Shown here one piece after another: positions 1 through 11,725 of a DNA stretch of 64,000 nt. The notes beneath the pieces were generated by a model. That model saw only the letters and a program-made list of their open reading frames with translations. It had not been told where the DNA came from and searched no databases. Every line of letters starts with the position of its first letter. Positions within the stretch are counted from its first letter, which is position 1. The stretch is from Macrostomum hystrix (Eukaryota > Animalia > Platyhelminthes): assembly GCA_950097015.1 (NCBI GenBank), contig CATNEN010000007.1, positions 9,238,001-9,302,000 on the forward strand, given 5' to 3'. A program made the translations under genes and the position numbers.

Positions 1-1048
1 GCAACCTCAGCCACCCAGCAGCCGACAGTTCAATCAGCGGTGCAGGCGGGGTGTCTGCGGGGACCCGAAGTCGGTCTTCCCTCCCACTCCGCCAAATCCC
101 GGCAACAAAAGTTGGGGATAAAAATAGATTTGCAGCGTTAAGAGGCCGCGCGCTAACGGCCTTCCCTTTAAAAGGGAAGATTTTTGGAAGAAGTTTAGCG
201 GCCTCAGAAACTACTTCTTGTTATGGGGGCCGAGGGGAGGAGAGGCAAGGAAGGGAAGAATGCTAAATAGACGCCGCCGCGTCAGTCTCCCGGAGATCGC
301 TGGAATCGGCACCGAGAATCTCTATCTCTACCCGCCCAGGCTGGCTGCAGCGGTGGGGTGGGGGTGCAGCGATGAGGCGGTGCCTGACTAAGCCAGGACT
401 TGCAGGCTGGGGAAAGGAAGGGGGAGAGCGGGGGGAGGAGACAGCGTACAAGTTTTCCCATTTTTACTCTCTGGATTTCTTCACGTCAGCTTGCATGTTG
501 GCTCACGCTGCAGGGCGACACGGCGAATGCCGCGGGGGCCCCACGGCTGGGGCTTGGCAAACCTGGGAAAAAGCAAACTGCCAGGGCCTCGGTGACTCAG
601 GCCATGCGCTGGGGGAGGGGGTGGGGTGCCTGGCAACTCCGCCGCGCTGACTCACGACTAGCGGGGGTCCGGGATCGGTAAATCCCTTCGCGCACTTTGG
701 CACGCAGGTCAGTCCAAGTCGCTTTGAAGTAGATTAGCGAGCCTTTCCCGACTGCCTGTCTGCGATGTTGACCGGGCCAAATCGTTTGCTCGCTGGCTGC
801 TCAAACTGAAGACTAAGTGTAGCTTTGACTGTCTCTATTAGTGAGTTTCTGTATGTTTCTGCCGCGGCCAAGTAATTTCTTGCTTGTTGCCTCCCCATTA
901 TTTGCTTAGCAGTTTTCCATGCCGTTTCCCCTGAGCTGAGTACCCCGGTAGCTCGCCTTAACTTTGCACCGATCAGCTAAGGAGCTCTAGATGAGTGGAC
1001 CGAAAACTCCTCACATAGTGGCGGGTTGGCTATTCAATATCGGGTGCA

Positions 1049-2452
1049 TCTTGTCTGCCCGTTCTGAGTGTCTGTCTGCCCGCTCTGAGTGTCTTGTCTG
1101 CCCGCTCTGAGTGTCTTGTCTGCCCGTTCTGAGTGTCTTGTCTGCCTGTTCTGAGTGTCTTGTCGGCCTGTTCTGAGTGTCTTGTCTGTCGGTTCTGAGT
1201 GTCTTGTCTGCCCGCTCTGAGTGTCTTGTCTGCCCGTTCTGAGTGTCTTGTCTGCCCGTTCTGAGTGTCTTGTCTGCCCGTTCTGAGTGTCTTGTCTGCC
1301 CGTTCTGAGTGTCTTGTCTGCCCGTTCTGAGTGTCTTGTCTGTCTGTTCTGAGTGTCTTGTCTGCCCGTTCTGAGTGTCTTGTCTGTCTGTTCTGAGTGT
1401 CTTGTCTGTCTGTTCTGAGTGTCTGTCTGTCTGTTGTGAGTGTCTTGTCCGCCCGTTCTCAGCGTCTTGTCTGCCCGTTCTGAGTGTCTTGTCTGCCCGT
1501 TCTGAGTGTCTTGTCTGTCTGTTCTGAGTGTCTTGTCTGTCTGTTCTGCGTGGCTTGTCTGTCTGTTCTGAGTGTCTTGTCTGTCTGTTCTGAGCGTCTT
1601 GTCTGCCCGTTCTGAGTGTCTTGTCTGTCTGTTCTGAGCGTCTTGTCTGCCCGTTCTGAGTGTCTTGTCTGCCCGTTCTGAGTGTCTTGTCTGCCTGTTC
1701 TGAGTGTCTTGTCGGCCTGTTCTGAGTGTCTTGTCTGTCGGTTCTGAGTGTCTTGTCTGCCCGCTCTGAGTGTCTTGTCTGCCCGTTCTGAGTGTCTTGT
1801 CTGCCCGTTCTGAGTGTCTTGTCTGCCCGTTCTGAGTGTCTTGTCTGCCCGTTCTGAGTGTCTTGTCTGTCTGTTCTGAGTGTCTTGTCTGCCCGTTCTG
1901 AGTGTCTTGTCTGTCTGTTCTGAGTGTCTTGTCTGTCTGTTCTGAGTGTCTGTCTGTCTGTTGTGAGTGTCTTGTCCGCCCGTTCTGAGCGTCTTATCTG
2001 CCCGTTCTGAGTGTCTTGTCTGCCCGTTCTGAGTGTCTTGTCTGTCTGTTCTGAGTGTCTTGTCTGTCTGTTCTGCGTGGCTTGTCTGTCTGTTCTGAGT
2101 GTCTTGTCTGTCTGTTCTGAGCGTCTTGTCTGCCCGTTCTGAGTGTCTTGTCTGTCTGTTCTGAGCGTCTTGTCTGCCCGTTCTGAGTGTCTTGTCTGTC
2201 TGTTCTGAGTGTCTTGTCTGTCTGTTCTGGGTGGCTTGTCTGTCTGTTCTGAGTGTCTTGTCTGCCCGCTCTGAGTGTCTTGTCTGCCCGTTCTGAGTGT
2301 CCTGTCTGCCCGCTCTGAGTGTCTTGTCTGCCTGTTTTGAGTGTCTGTCTTCTGTTCTGGGTGTCTTGTCTGCCCGTTCTGAGTGTCTTGTCTACCCGTT
2401 CTGAGTGTCTGTCTTCTGTTCTGGGTGGCTTGTCTGCTGTTTCGGGTGCCTG
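1049..2452. repeat. 22-bp minisatellite (GTCTTGTCTGCCCGTTCTGAGT)n in an innexin intron
   Basis: Directly visible tandem units; accounts for the spurious 482-aa ORF 1011..2459. Confidence 0.97.
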
Positions 2453-2481
2453 TTATCACCTAGTGGAGTCTGTCCACTCAC

Positions 2482-2791
2482 ACATTTTCTTGTCCTCTCG
2501 CTGCTGATGGTTGTCCTTGGGCAGGGTGGCCTCAAGCGGCCAGTAGTACATGTTTTCAATCCAGCACAGGTTCTCAATGTACTCCATGCGGTGCGAGGAG
2601 CCAGTCTCGAAGATGGACCAGCACTGGATGGGTGTGAACAGGTACTGCTTGGAGGCCGAAATGCCCGCGAAGAAGATGAGGATCATTGGCGTGAGCATGT
2701 AGTTCAGGACGTCGATGAAGTCCTCGGCCGAGGCATACTGGCCAAAGCTCACCCGGAACTGGTTGACCTTGAGGAAGAAGTCGAAATTCAT
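2482..2791 (-). CDS. Innexin (invertebrate gap-junction protein), N-terminal coding exon; remaining exons not found in the window
   Basis: MNFDFFLK...EDFIDVLNYMLTPMILIFFAGISASKQYLFTPIQCW...EYIENLCWIENMYY matches innexin motifs DD-x-x-D-x-L, TM1, KQY-x-x-x-PIxCW and Y-x-x-x-x-CW. Acceptor tttgcag|G-ATG at 2793/2792 and donor GTGAGT at 2481 (phase 1, just before the expected YYQW motif). Confidence 0.9.
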
Positions 2792-4254
2792 CCTGCAAAG
2801 TGAAATTTGAGACCGATTTGAGCTTTCGTTTGAATATTAATTCAAATTCAAATTGCTTTTTTTGGTTGAGAAATTTGTGAGACAATAAACTTAGGGAGAA
2901 ACTTAGGGAGAAATCTGCTGTTAACAGCGTGGAATCAATCAACTGTCTTCTGGATCTTATAGTACGGGCGAAAATATCGGATTCCAGTCACAAATATTCT
3001 TGATCAGCTTTGCCTGAGCAAAGCTCAAAGTCGCCGCTTGATATTGCCTTTGAGTTTTGCCGCTTTCTAAAAAAGATTTATTCGCTACGGCGCTTACGGA
3101 GCTTAAATCTATATTTGTTTGAATGGTCTCTTTCTTTGTCGGCCAGCTGTTAAGGATTGAGCAAATTTTTTTGGTTGTGTTTTTAATCTATAAATTTTAT
3201 CTGGCATACGGCTCGTACACTTCAGTGACTTTGAAGAAATGTTTTGAAATTGAAATTCAGTCAATAAATTCTCCCCTTGTTAATTGAAACCCCATTCAAC
3301 AGTTTTTTTTCGGCCCTGGCTTGTGCCCAATCGCATCATAAGTAAACACGGGATGGATGAGCACCCACCCCACTCCATGTCTACCCCAGCCTAGGCTAGC
3401 ATCCAATCACAGCCTGGCAATACGAAGTATGGGCGCGCATACTTCTGCGTGAGAGAAAATACTGAATCGGACCTCAGGGAGACAATTTAGGATTTTTATA
3501 TACTATAACCCTCTTGTTATAAAGAGGAATACTCATACTACGAGCACTTTAATTGCTTATTTTTGGCAAGCCACTGATTTCCAATTGTCCCTTCCACCAA
3601 CACTGTTAAATCAGCTGTTCTGTCAGGTAGGCTTGAAACTGTGCGAAAGAAGTTTTGTCTAAAAACTGGAACTGAGCAAGGCTGCATCCCCGTCGGGGAG
3701 TTGGGGATATAGCTGCCAGTTTCCAGTGACAACAAACTTATCGCCTTCCCTTCACACTCGCCTCCATGCGTGGCAGCTCAGCAGTTGAGCTTTTTTGTCT
3801 CGGTCACGCGCCAGGCGGGCCACCGCCTCCCCGAAGAAAAATCGACGCGCTCAAATCAGTCCCGCTGCTTCGCTGCGAGAAGGAAACAGAAACTGATCCA
3901 CGGGCGATTCGGGACACGGACGGCGGCGCCTGGGATAAATTTCCCCTCTCTTTTTACTCATTCCCACTTTACTGCAGCTGAGTGTCGCCGTGGAAAATTA
4001 ATAACGATAATTAGGGAGCCGGGCTTCGTCACGAGTTCCACCCGCCCCAACCCGTAGAAGGCCGGCGGCTCGCTAAATTTGCGGGCGCAGAATAGCCTGT
4101 CCTCTTCAGTCTTCGTTAAGGCCCCATCTGCAGGGCTGGCGGAGAGGTCGCCCGTATTTGCACAGTGACGGAGCGTGAAGGCTTCGCATTGTTGACCCTG
4201 ATAGCACGAGGATTAGCAGGGAGGCTATGGCTTGCGAAACAGCAACTCATTATT

Positions 4255-4960
4255 ACTGCGATTCTGCGAATTCCTGCTGCGATTCTAGGAATTCCAGCTG
4301 CGATTCTGGGAATTCCTGCTGCGATTCTGGGAATTCCTGCTGCGATTCTAGGAATTCCTGCTGCGATTCTGGGAATTCCTGCTGCGATTCTGCGAATTCC
4401 TGCTGCGATTCTAGGAATTCCTGCTGCGATTCTGATAAATCCTGCTGCGATTCTCGGAATTCTTGGTGCGGTTCTGATAAATCCTGCTGCGATTCTGATA
4501 AATCCTGCTGCGATTCTAAGAATTATTGGTGCGCTTCTGATAAATCCTGCTGCAATTCTAGGAATTCCTGCTGCGATTCTAGGAATTCTTGGTGCGGTTC
4601 TGATAAATCCTGCTGCGATTCTAGGAATTCCTGCTGCGATTCTCGGAATTCTAGCTGCGATCCTAGGAATTCTTGGTGCGGTTCTGATAAATCCTGCTGC
4701 GATTCTGATAAATCCTGCTGCGATTCTAGGAATTCCTGCTGCGATTCTGGGAATTCCTGCTGCGATTCTGGGAATTCCAGCTGCGATTCTAGGAATTATT
4801 AATGTGATTCTGATAAATCCTGCTGTGATTCTAGGAATTCCTGCAGCGATTCTAGGAATTCTTAATGCGATTCTGATAAATCCTGCTGCGATAATAGTCA
4901 TAATTCTAGCTGCGTTTCTAGATAACTGTGTGACGCCTGCTGCGATTCTACGTACGCTTC
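4255..4960. repeat. 21-bp minisatellite (GATTCTAGGAATTCCTGCTGC)n
   Basis: Visible tandem units; the period is a multiple of 3, which produces repetitive ORFs on both strands. Confidence 0.95.
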
Positions 4961-5602
4961 CTGTTCAGATTCCATGTTTGACATTTTGATTTCTATCAAG
5001 GCTTCCTGCTGCGATTCCAGCTAAAACAACCGCGCCAGAAACAGAGCTCCCAATTGCACATTATTTAAAAGCCAGTCACACGGACTTTATTGCACAAACC
5101 TGCGAGCTGGAGCTTCAAATATTCCCTAATTCACGAACTCGCGGTCAAGGCAGCAGTTTCAATTGGATCGCCAATCATCCCAAGATATGAGAAATTGTGC
5201 CGAATTTATAATTCAAGGCCCCAGCTGGGTTGGCTGCAGCTGAAGATATGCAGCGCTAATTATGCCATGTCCTTGGGTGGGAGGCTGCATCGAATCCCAA
5301 TGCGGATGGCAGCTGAGCTTTTTTTGGGCGGCCGCCGCACGCAACCCGGTGGGGATCACGCCAAGCTGATCATTTTGGCATCGGGTATTCGCATTAGTAA
5401 TCTCTGATTATTATAATTAGAATTATTACGAGTAAATATTGGATTGCCCATTAATTGCTTATCCTTTGCTCATTCTCACCAAACTGAAATCAGACCTACT
5501 CAAATAAGGGTAGTTCCCCAATCCATCGTTACTGAACAGTTTGCAATCCCAACTCTCAGAAATTGGGCAGAAATCTATATTTGTTGAATTTGTTATATCT
5601 GA

Positions 5603-6480
5603 CGAATCCCACGTTTTTGAAATCCCATGTCTCTGAAATCCCATGTCTCTGAAATCCCATGTCTCTAAAATCCCATGTCTCTGAAATCCCATGTCTCTGA
5701 AATCCCACGTTTTTGAAATCCCATGTCTCTGAAATCCCATGTCTCTGAAATCCCATGTCTCTGAAATCTCATGTCTCTGAAATCCCACGTCTCTGAAATC
5801 CCATGTCTCTGAAATCTCATGTCTCTGAAATCCCATGTCTCTGAAATCCCATGTCTCTGAAATCTCATGTCTCTGAAATCCCATGTCTCTGAAATCCCAT
5901 GTCTCTGAAATCCCATGTCTCTGAAATCCCATGTCTCTAAAATCCCATGTCTCTGAAATCCCATGTCTCTGAAATCCCATGTCTCTGAAATCCCACGTTT
6001 TTGAAATCCCATGTCTCTGAAATCCCATGTCTCTAAAATCCCATGTCTCTGAAATCCCATGTCTCTGAAATCCCATGTCTCTGAAATCCCATGTCTCTGA
6101 AATCCCATGTCTCTGAAATCTCATGTCTCTGAAATCCCATGTTTCTGAAATCCCATGTCTCTGAAATCCCATGTCTCTGAAATCCCACGTCTCTGAAATC
6201 CCATGTCTCTGAAATCTCATGTCTCTGAAATCCCATGTCTCTGAAATCCCATGTCTCTGAAATCCCATGTCTCTGAAATCCCATGTCTCTGAAATCCCAT
6301 GTCTCTGAAATCCCATGTCGCTAAAATCCCATGTCTCTGAACTCACCTGGATGTCTCTGAAATCACATGTCTCTGAAATCCCATGTCTCTGAAATCCCAT
6401 GTCTCTTAAATCCCAGGGCTCTGAAATCCCAGGGCTCTTAAATCCCATGTCTCTGAAATCCTAAAGTCTCAGAAATCCTA
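5603..6480. repeat. 16-bp minisatellite (GAAATCCCATGTCTCT)n
   Basis: Visible tandem units. Confidence 0.97.
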
Positions 6481-7756
6481 GCTCAATTCCGGCCCCAATA
6501 AATTTCAGAAAACTGGCCACAGTGCAAGCAGTCGGAACTCCTCAAAAACTTTTCTGCTTCCCACTTCAGACTGGAACTCACCTGGAAGACTCCGCTAATG
6601 GAAGCGGTCTGAAGTGAGCACAGAAATTATTTTAAAATGGACTACAATGCCAACAGCAGCAGGGGCGGCGCGCTCTTTGATTTCGTCCGGGCGAACTCAT
6701 CAGCTCGGGCTGGGCCGGGGCCAGCTCCGCTGACTTCTCATGCTACTCAGGGCAGCACTGGCGCGAAGGCGGCTCTCAAGGAAGCGAGCAAGGAGCTAGA
6801 CAAGTCTCGTCTGCGCCAACTGCTGGCTGGGGGATGTCCGCGCAGCCCGGCAGATAAATGGGTTTGCGGAGGGGCAGCGAGGGACGAGCTGGGGTGGGGG
6901 GGGAAGGGCGAGGGTAGAGGGGAGGAGGGGAGTCTGTCCCAGAGTACAGTCGGCTGGGTTGGGCTGAGGGGGGCGTGGCAGGCTGGCGGGCACTTTGGTC
7001 GATGGTATGCAGCCCATGCGACCGTAGCCGGGACGGGACACTGGGGAGAGGGTTGGCGCCTCTGGCCTCGCCCGGCAGCCACCCCAACCTCCGCCTGCCT
7101 GTGCCCGACAGCCACCCAGCAGGTCCAAGCGCGGAGGGCAGAGTCAGGAAAAAGGGAGTCTGGGTGTTGGTCTCCGTGGCCCTCTCCGTCTCACATAGCT
7201 TGCACACGTTGGAGAAAAATGCATTTTGCTCCCTACGCAATTTCTGCGGATCCCTAACAGTCCGGGGTGGAGGCACCCTCTGTGCTCATTCTTATCCCCA
7301 GGCTAGGCCTTCTTATCGCCCATGACTATTTAATGTTTAATCAGCGGAAGCAGCGATTTGGGTCGCCCGGCCCCTTATTTCTGCCTCTCTCGCGGGAGCA
7401 GCGCAAATGAAAAAGCGAATTGAATGCAATTTCGATTGTAGCAAGTTAAGAAATGGGACAATTCCTAAGTGCAAACAGGAAATTATTTTAAGCAACGGGC
7501 AATGAGGTCGCAGCTAATGGCGAGGCGAGACAAATGACACTTGCGAATGGCGACGCAAGCATTCAGGCTATCAGTGCCTTCCCTGTTGAGCAAGATGTTG
7601 CTGGGTAGAGCTGGGACAGATATTAAAATAGCGAGTGAGAGATTAGGACCTACTGGGGGATACTGGAGGAGACTGCTAGAGATTGGGGATTTATTGGGCG
7701 AGACTTGAGAAGATTGGGGGAGCCTGCAAGAAGAAATGAAGGTTTGAGAGATAGGA

Positions 7757-8115
7757 ATTGATTGGGATTGATTAGGATTGATTGGGATTGATTGAGATTG
7801 ATTGGGATTGATTAGGATTGATTGGGATTGATTAGGATTGATTGGGATTGATTAGGATTGATTGGGATTGATTGGGATTGATTAGGATTGATAGGGATTG
7901 ATTGTGATTGATTAGGATTGATTGGGATTGATTAGGATTGATTGGGATTTATTGGGATTGATAAGGATTGATTGGGATTGATTAGGATTGATTGGGATTG
8001 ATTAGGATTGATTGGGATTGATTGGGATCGATTGGGATTGATTGGAATTGATTGGGATTGACGTGGATTTAGCGTGATTGATTGGGATTGGTGTGGATTG
8101 ATTTTGGATTGATTG
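7757..8115. repeat. 10-bp repeat (GATTGGGATT/GATTAGGATT)n
   Basis: Visible tandem units. Confidence 0.95.
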
Positions 8116-9386
8116 GCGTAGATTGGGAGAGACTGGGGAGAGAGGTCAAGGAAGGCGTTGAGGACACACCGGGACGCAGCTTTCAAAGCCATGGCAGCAG
8201 AGTGCCGCAGCCATCCAGCATCGAATCAAAGGACGGAAAGGCAAATGATTAAGCAGCAATGACCGCATATCAGCAGAAGGCGCAGAAAAGGTTGGAGACT
8301 TTGGCGCGGAGTGGCTGGCAAGAAGCAGCGGGGCAATAAAGGCATTAATATTTATCGCCGCGAATGCCAATCCGTCATTGCTCAGCTCCGCAACCGTCTG
8401 AGCCAGCTCAGGCCCCGCATGCACTTCTGAGTTATGGTTGCGGGACCCATTTCAGCCGGGTAACTTAGCCTATCCAATCCTCATCGATCAGTATTAGAGG
8501 GCCGCTGCTGCTATTGCTTCTGTTGGCTGCTTTCGGGACAAACCTCAGCCTGCAAGACTCGTGGGGCAACAAACAATGGGCCGCTGCTGCTGCTGCTGCT
8601 GCTGCTCTTAGAATGATAAGTTTCCCTGAGCCAGTTCCCAGCTATTCTCAGCTCGCTGGGCCTTTCTCCTCGGTCTATTTGCTCAGCGTTTCGGTCTGAG
8701 CAGCTGTGAGCAGCCGCAGCTGCTGAGGCAGTGAGCAAACTGCCGCAGTTCGCGCTGGGGTCTCCCAGGCCAGGAAGGAAGCTGCGGCCGAGCAGTCGAC
8801 CAGCGGCTCATTGTGTTGAAGCTGCTCTGAGCTGACAGCAGAATGATGAAGCAGAGTTTGAACAGCGAGTTTGAGGACTTGGCCTCCTAAACCCTTAGTT
8901 GCCGTGTCGTATGCTAAGGAGTTGACAGGTCAGGAGTTCGCGTTTTATCGCGGCGGACCAATTGGTGTCCTTTAACTGCGGTAGACTTTTTGTTGTGACC
9001 ACTTTATTATCTACGAAGATAAGTCACTGTAGAATGATCATTAGGTCATTAGATTTGAATAACTGGCAGATTTACCATGTGCACTACTAAAAACAATATA
9101 TGAAGAATACTTCAATATCTTTCAACTGAATATGGCTCATGGAAGAAGATTAATTCACGAAACTTATTTATAAAATTATCTATTTTGGAAGCGACTTGTA
9201 GCCCGCAAACAATGCAGATGGAATGATGGGCAGGTGATTGAAGCTGACGCACAGATGATGAGGGAGATGCGGCAGGTTGGCAGTCAGCCAGGCGCAGCGG
9301 AGTCGCAGAAATTTGCCACCGTCTGCCGTGTCAAGCGGCTCCGCGCGCCGTGACCTGTGACTGTCGAGCTGCTCCCCAGCTTTTCT

Positions 9387-9620
9387 GTTGCCATGGCAAC
9401 GTCAACAAGCTTGTTCACTCGATGCACTTTAACAAAGAAGATTTCATGCTTTGAACTGGTTGGAGTGATGTCTGTTAATTTTTTTAATCTAGCTTTTCAC
9501 AACTGTTGAGTCTAGTGGAGTGTGTGGCTGCTCGAATTCAAACTTAACTAGCCAGAAACTCGGTCAGTTATTCAATCTTTCATAAAATCTAAAAGGCTCT
9601 ATTTGGGTTGCCATGACAAC
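9387..9620. promoter_or_regulatory. Pair of RFX X-box motifs
   Basis: GTTGCCATGGCAAC at 9387-9400 (perfect palindrome) and GTTGCCATGACAAC at 9607-9620 both match the RFX consensus. Confidence 0.5.
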
Positions 9621-10616
9621 CGGAACCCATCGGATACTCATTTAGTTGCTACCACCCGAATGTTCGCTCTCCGCTTCTTCCGCAGCGGGAAATGTTAAAT
9701 ATAAAATGGCCTGCCTCCGCTGGTCTCAAGGAAGCCATGGGGTGGGTTGGGTGCGGGCATCCAGGGCAGACACTCACACACAGCTCACACACTGCTCACA
9801 CAGGCTGATGGCTTGTGGGAACATTTTAGAAAAGTGGAAGTGGGATGAAAAGTGAGAGAGAGAGTGAAAACCAGTGAAACCTGGCGAGGCGCCAATGCAG
9901 CAGCAACAGCAGAAGCAGCAGCAGCAGCAGCAGCAGCAACAGCAGGGTACAACGGAAGAATGGGAGGAAGAGATAGGGAGCAGAGACATTGGGGTGAGCG
10001 AGTGAGAACTGAGGAAGGAGAATAGAGGAAGTGGCCACGGACCTGGAGTATAGCGATGGGGCTGGCAGGTGGAACCTCGAGATGGGATTTGAGTCCATTT
10101 TCACCTCGATAGGAAACAAAGGGGAGCCAATAGAGAGATAGGATGACGGGTATGGGCGAAGCAAAAAAGTCCGTGGGGAAACGCCTCAAGATTATTATCC
10201 TCTTCTTCGTGCCTTCCTCCCTGGAGGCCAGCGGCGGCATCCGCTCCCCCCAACAGCCCCGACTGCGGGGGAGTCACCTGCCAAGGGAGCGAGCGTGAGC
10301 AGGGAATGATGGCCTTCTTAATCCCACTCTCTGAACACTCGAATCCTCATTCCCAATTTTTTTACTCTCGCTCACTCTCGCTTCACCTACCGCGCCGCGG
10401 GGTCGTGGCCCGCTCGAGATGCCCGTGTCACGAAATCGAAATCGAGGATTTTTGCCGGCAGCTTCAACTGTGGCGGGTGTGTGTGTGTGTGTGGGTGGGT
10501 TTGTACGAGCAGTGTCCTGTCAGGTCTGCATTATGCTAGGAAGGTACGACAACTTTCAAAGAGTGGAGAATTTACTACAAACTAGGAAGATAGGATGGGT
10601 TGATATGGGATTCAAT

Positions 10617-10968
10617 TGAGATGGGATAAATCGAGATGGGATCAATCGATAAATCGAGATGGGATCAATCGATAAATCGAGATGGGATCAATCGATAAAT
10701 CGAGATGGGATCAATCGATAAATCGAGATGGGATCAATCGATAAATCGAGATGGGATCAATCGAGAAATCGAAATGGGATCAAGATGGGATCAATCGAGA
10801 TGGGATGAGTCGAGATGGGATCAGTCAGGATGGGATCAGTCGCATTGGGATCAGTCGAGATGGGATCAGTCGAGATGGGATCAGTCGAGATGGGATCAGT
10901 CGAGATGGGATCAGTCGAGATGGGATAAATCGAGATAGGATCAATTGAGATCGGATAAATCGAGATAA
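10617..10968. repeat. Compound 23-bp/15-bp minisatellite (GATGGGATCAATCGATAAATCGA; GATGGGATCAGTCGA)
   Basis: Visible tandem units. Confidence 0.93.
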
Positions 10969-11725
10969 TATATGTAGTTGTGGGATAAGACGCAAGGAAA
11001 ACAGCGAAAACGGAAAGTTTGAGTTCTCTACGGCCAATTGAGATGGTACGATTGGGAATTCACACCTGTCAGCTCGGGCATTCATGCACGGTCGCTAGCC
11101 TCGGCCCGCACCCTGCAATCTGGGAGCTGGGCAGCGGACCATCCGTCTTGGATTTCGCTGCTTCTCAGCCGGCCCTCACACCGAGTTAACTGAGCAAACA
11201 GAAGGGAAGCGGCGGGTTTGTGAGGGGAAGCCTGAGCAGTGTGAGTGAGCAGTGAGCATGTTAGGCCCCCCATCGTCAGACCTGTTGGCGGAAGCGGCAG
11301 CGCCCAGAATCCTGAGCTGATGAAGGAAACCTGGGCGGGCCTGGGGGTGGGTAGGCCCGGAGTCCGCGGAAATTCAGGTGAAATAATAGCCGCATCGCTT
11401 TCTAGTTTTCGTAGAAAAGAACAGGAAGCTGCGGCTCCAATCTCATTTGCTCCACTGGAGCGCCCCTCACGACTGCCTTCTCGCATTGCCCTCCCTGCCT
11501 GAGCCGATCGAATGAAAAACTCCCCCGGCTAAAATTCATCCCCATTTGTCTGCCGCCATGGACTGTTTCTATTTTGAAATTAGTTTTTTAGAATTGCTGA
11601 TAAACTAATCACTGACTGACGTTTCCCCGACCTGATGTCACGGGACACAGCATCCGCACTGCCTCACCGCGCTTACCCGGCCTGCACTTTTAATACATTT
11701 AGACTTGAGAAACTGGGTAGAAAAT

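Noticed and set aside
1011-2459. 482-aa ORF
   Set aside because: Translation of the 22-bp minisatellite inside an intron.
4116-4989. Hydrophobic and Cys-rich repetitive ORFs (ILGIPAA; SCCDSRN, metallothionein/keratin-associated-like)
   Set aside because: The 21-bp repeat is open in several frames on both strands; no splice or domain context.
5459-6448. 329-aa repetitive ORF
   Set aside because: Product of the 16-bp minisatellite.
6637-7325. Overlapping GC-rich ORFs
   Set aside because: No recognisable domain; open on both strands because of composition.
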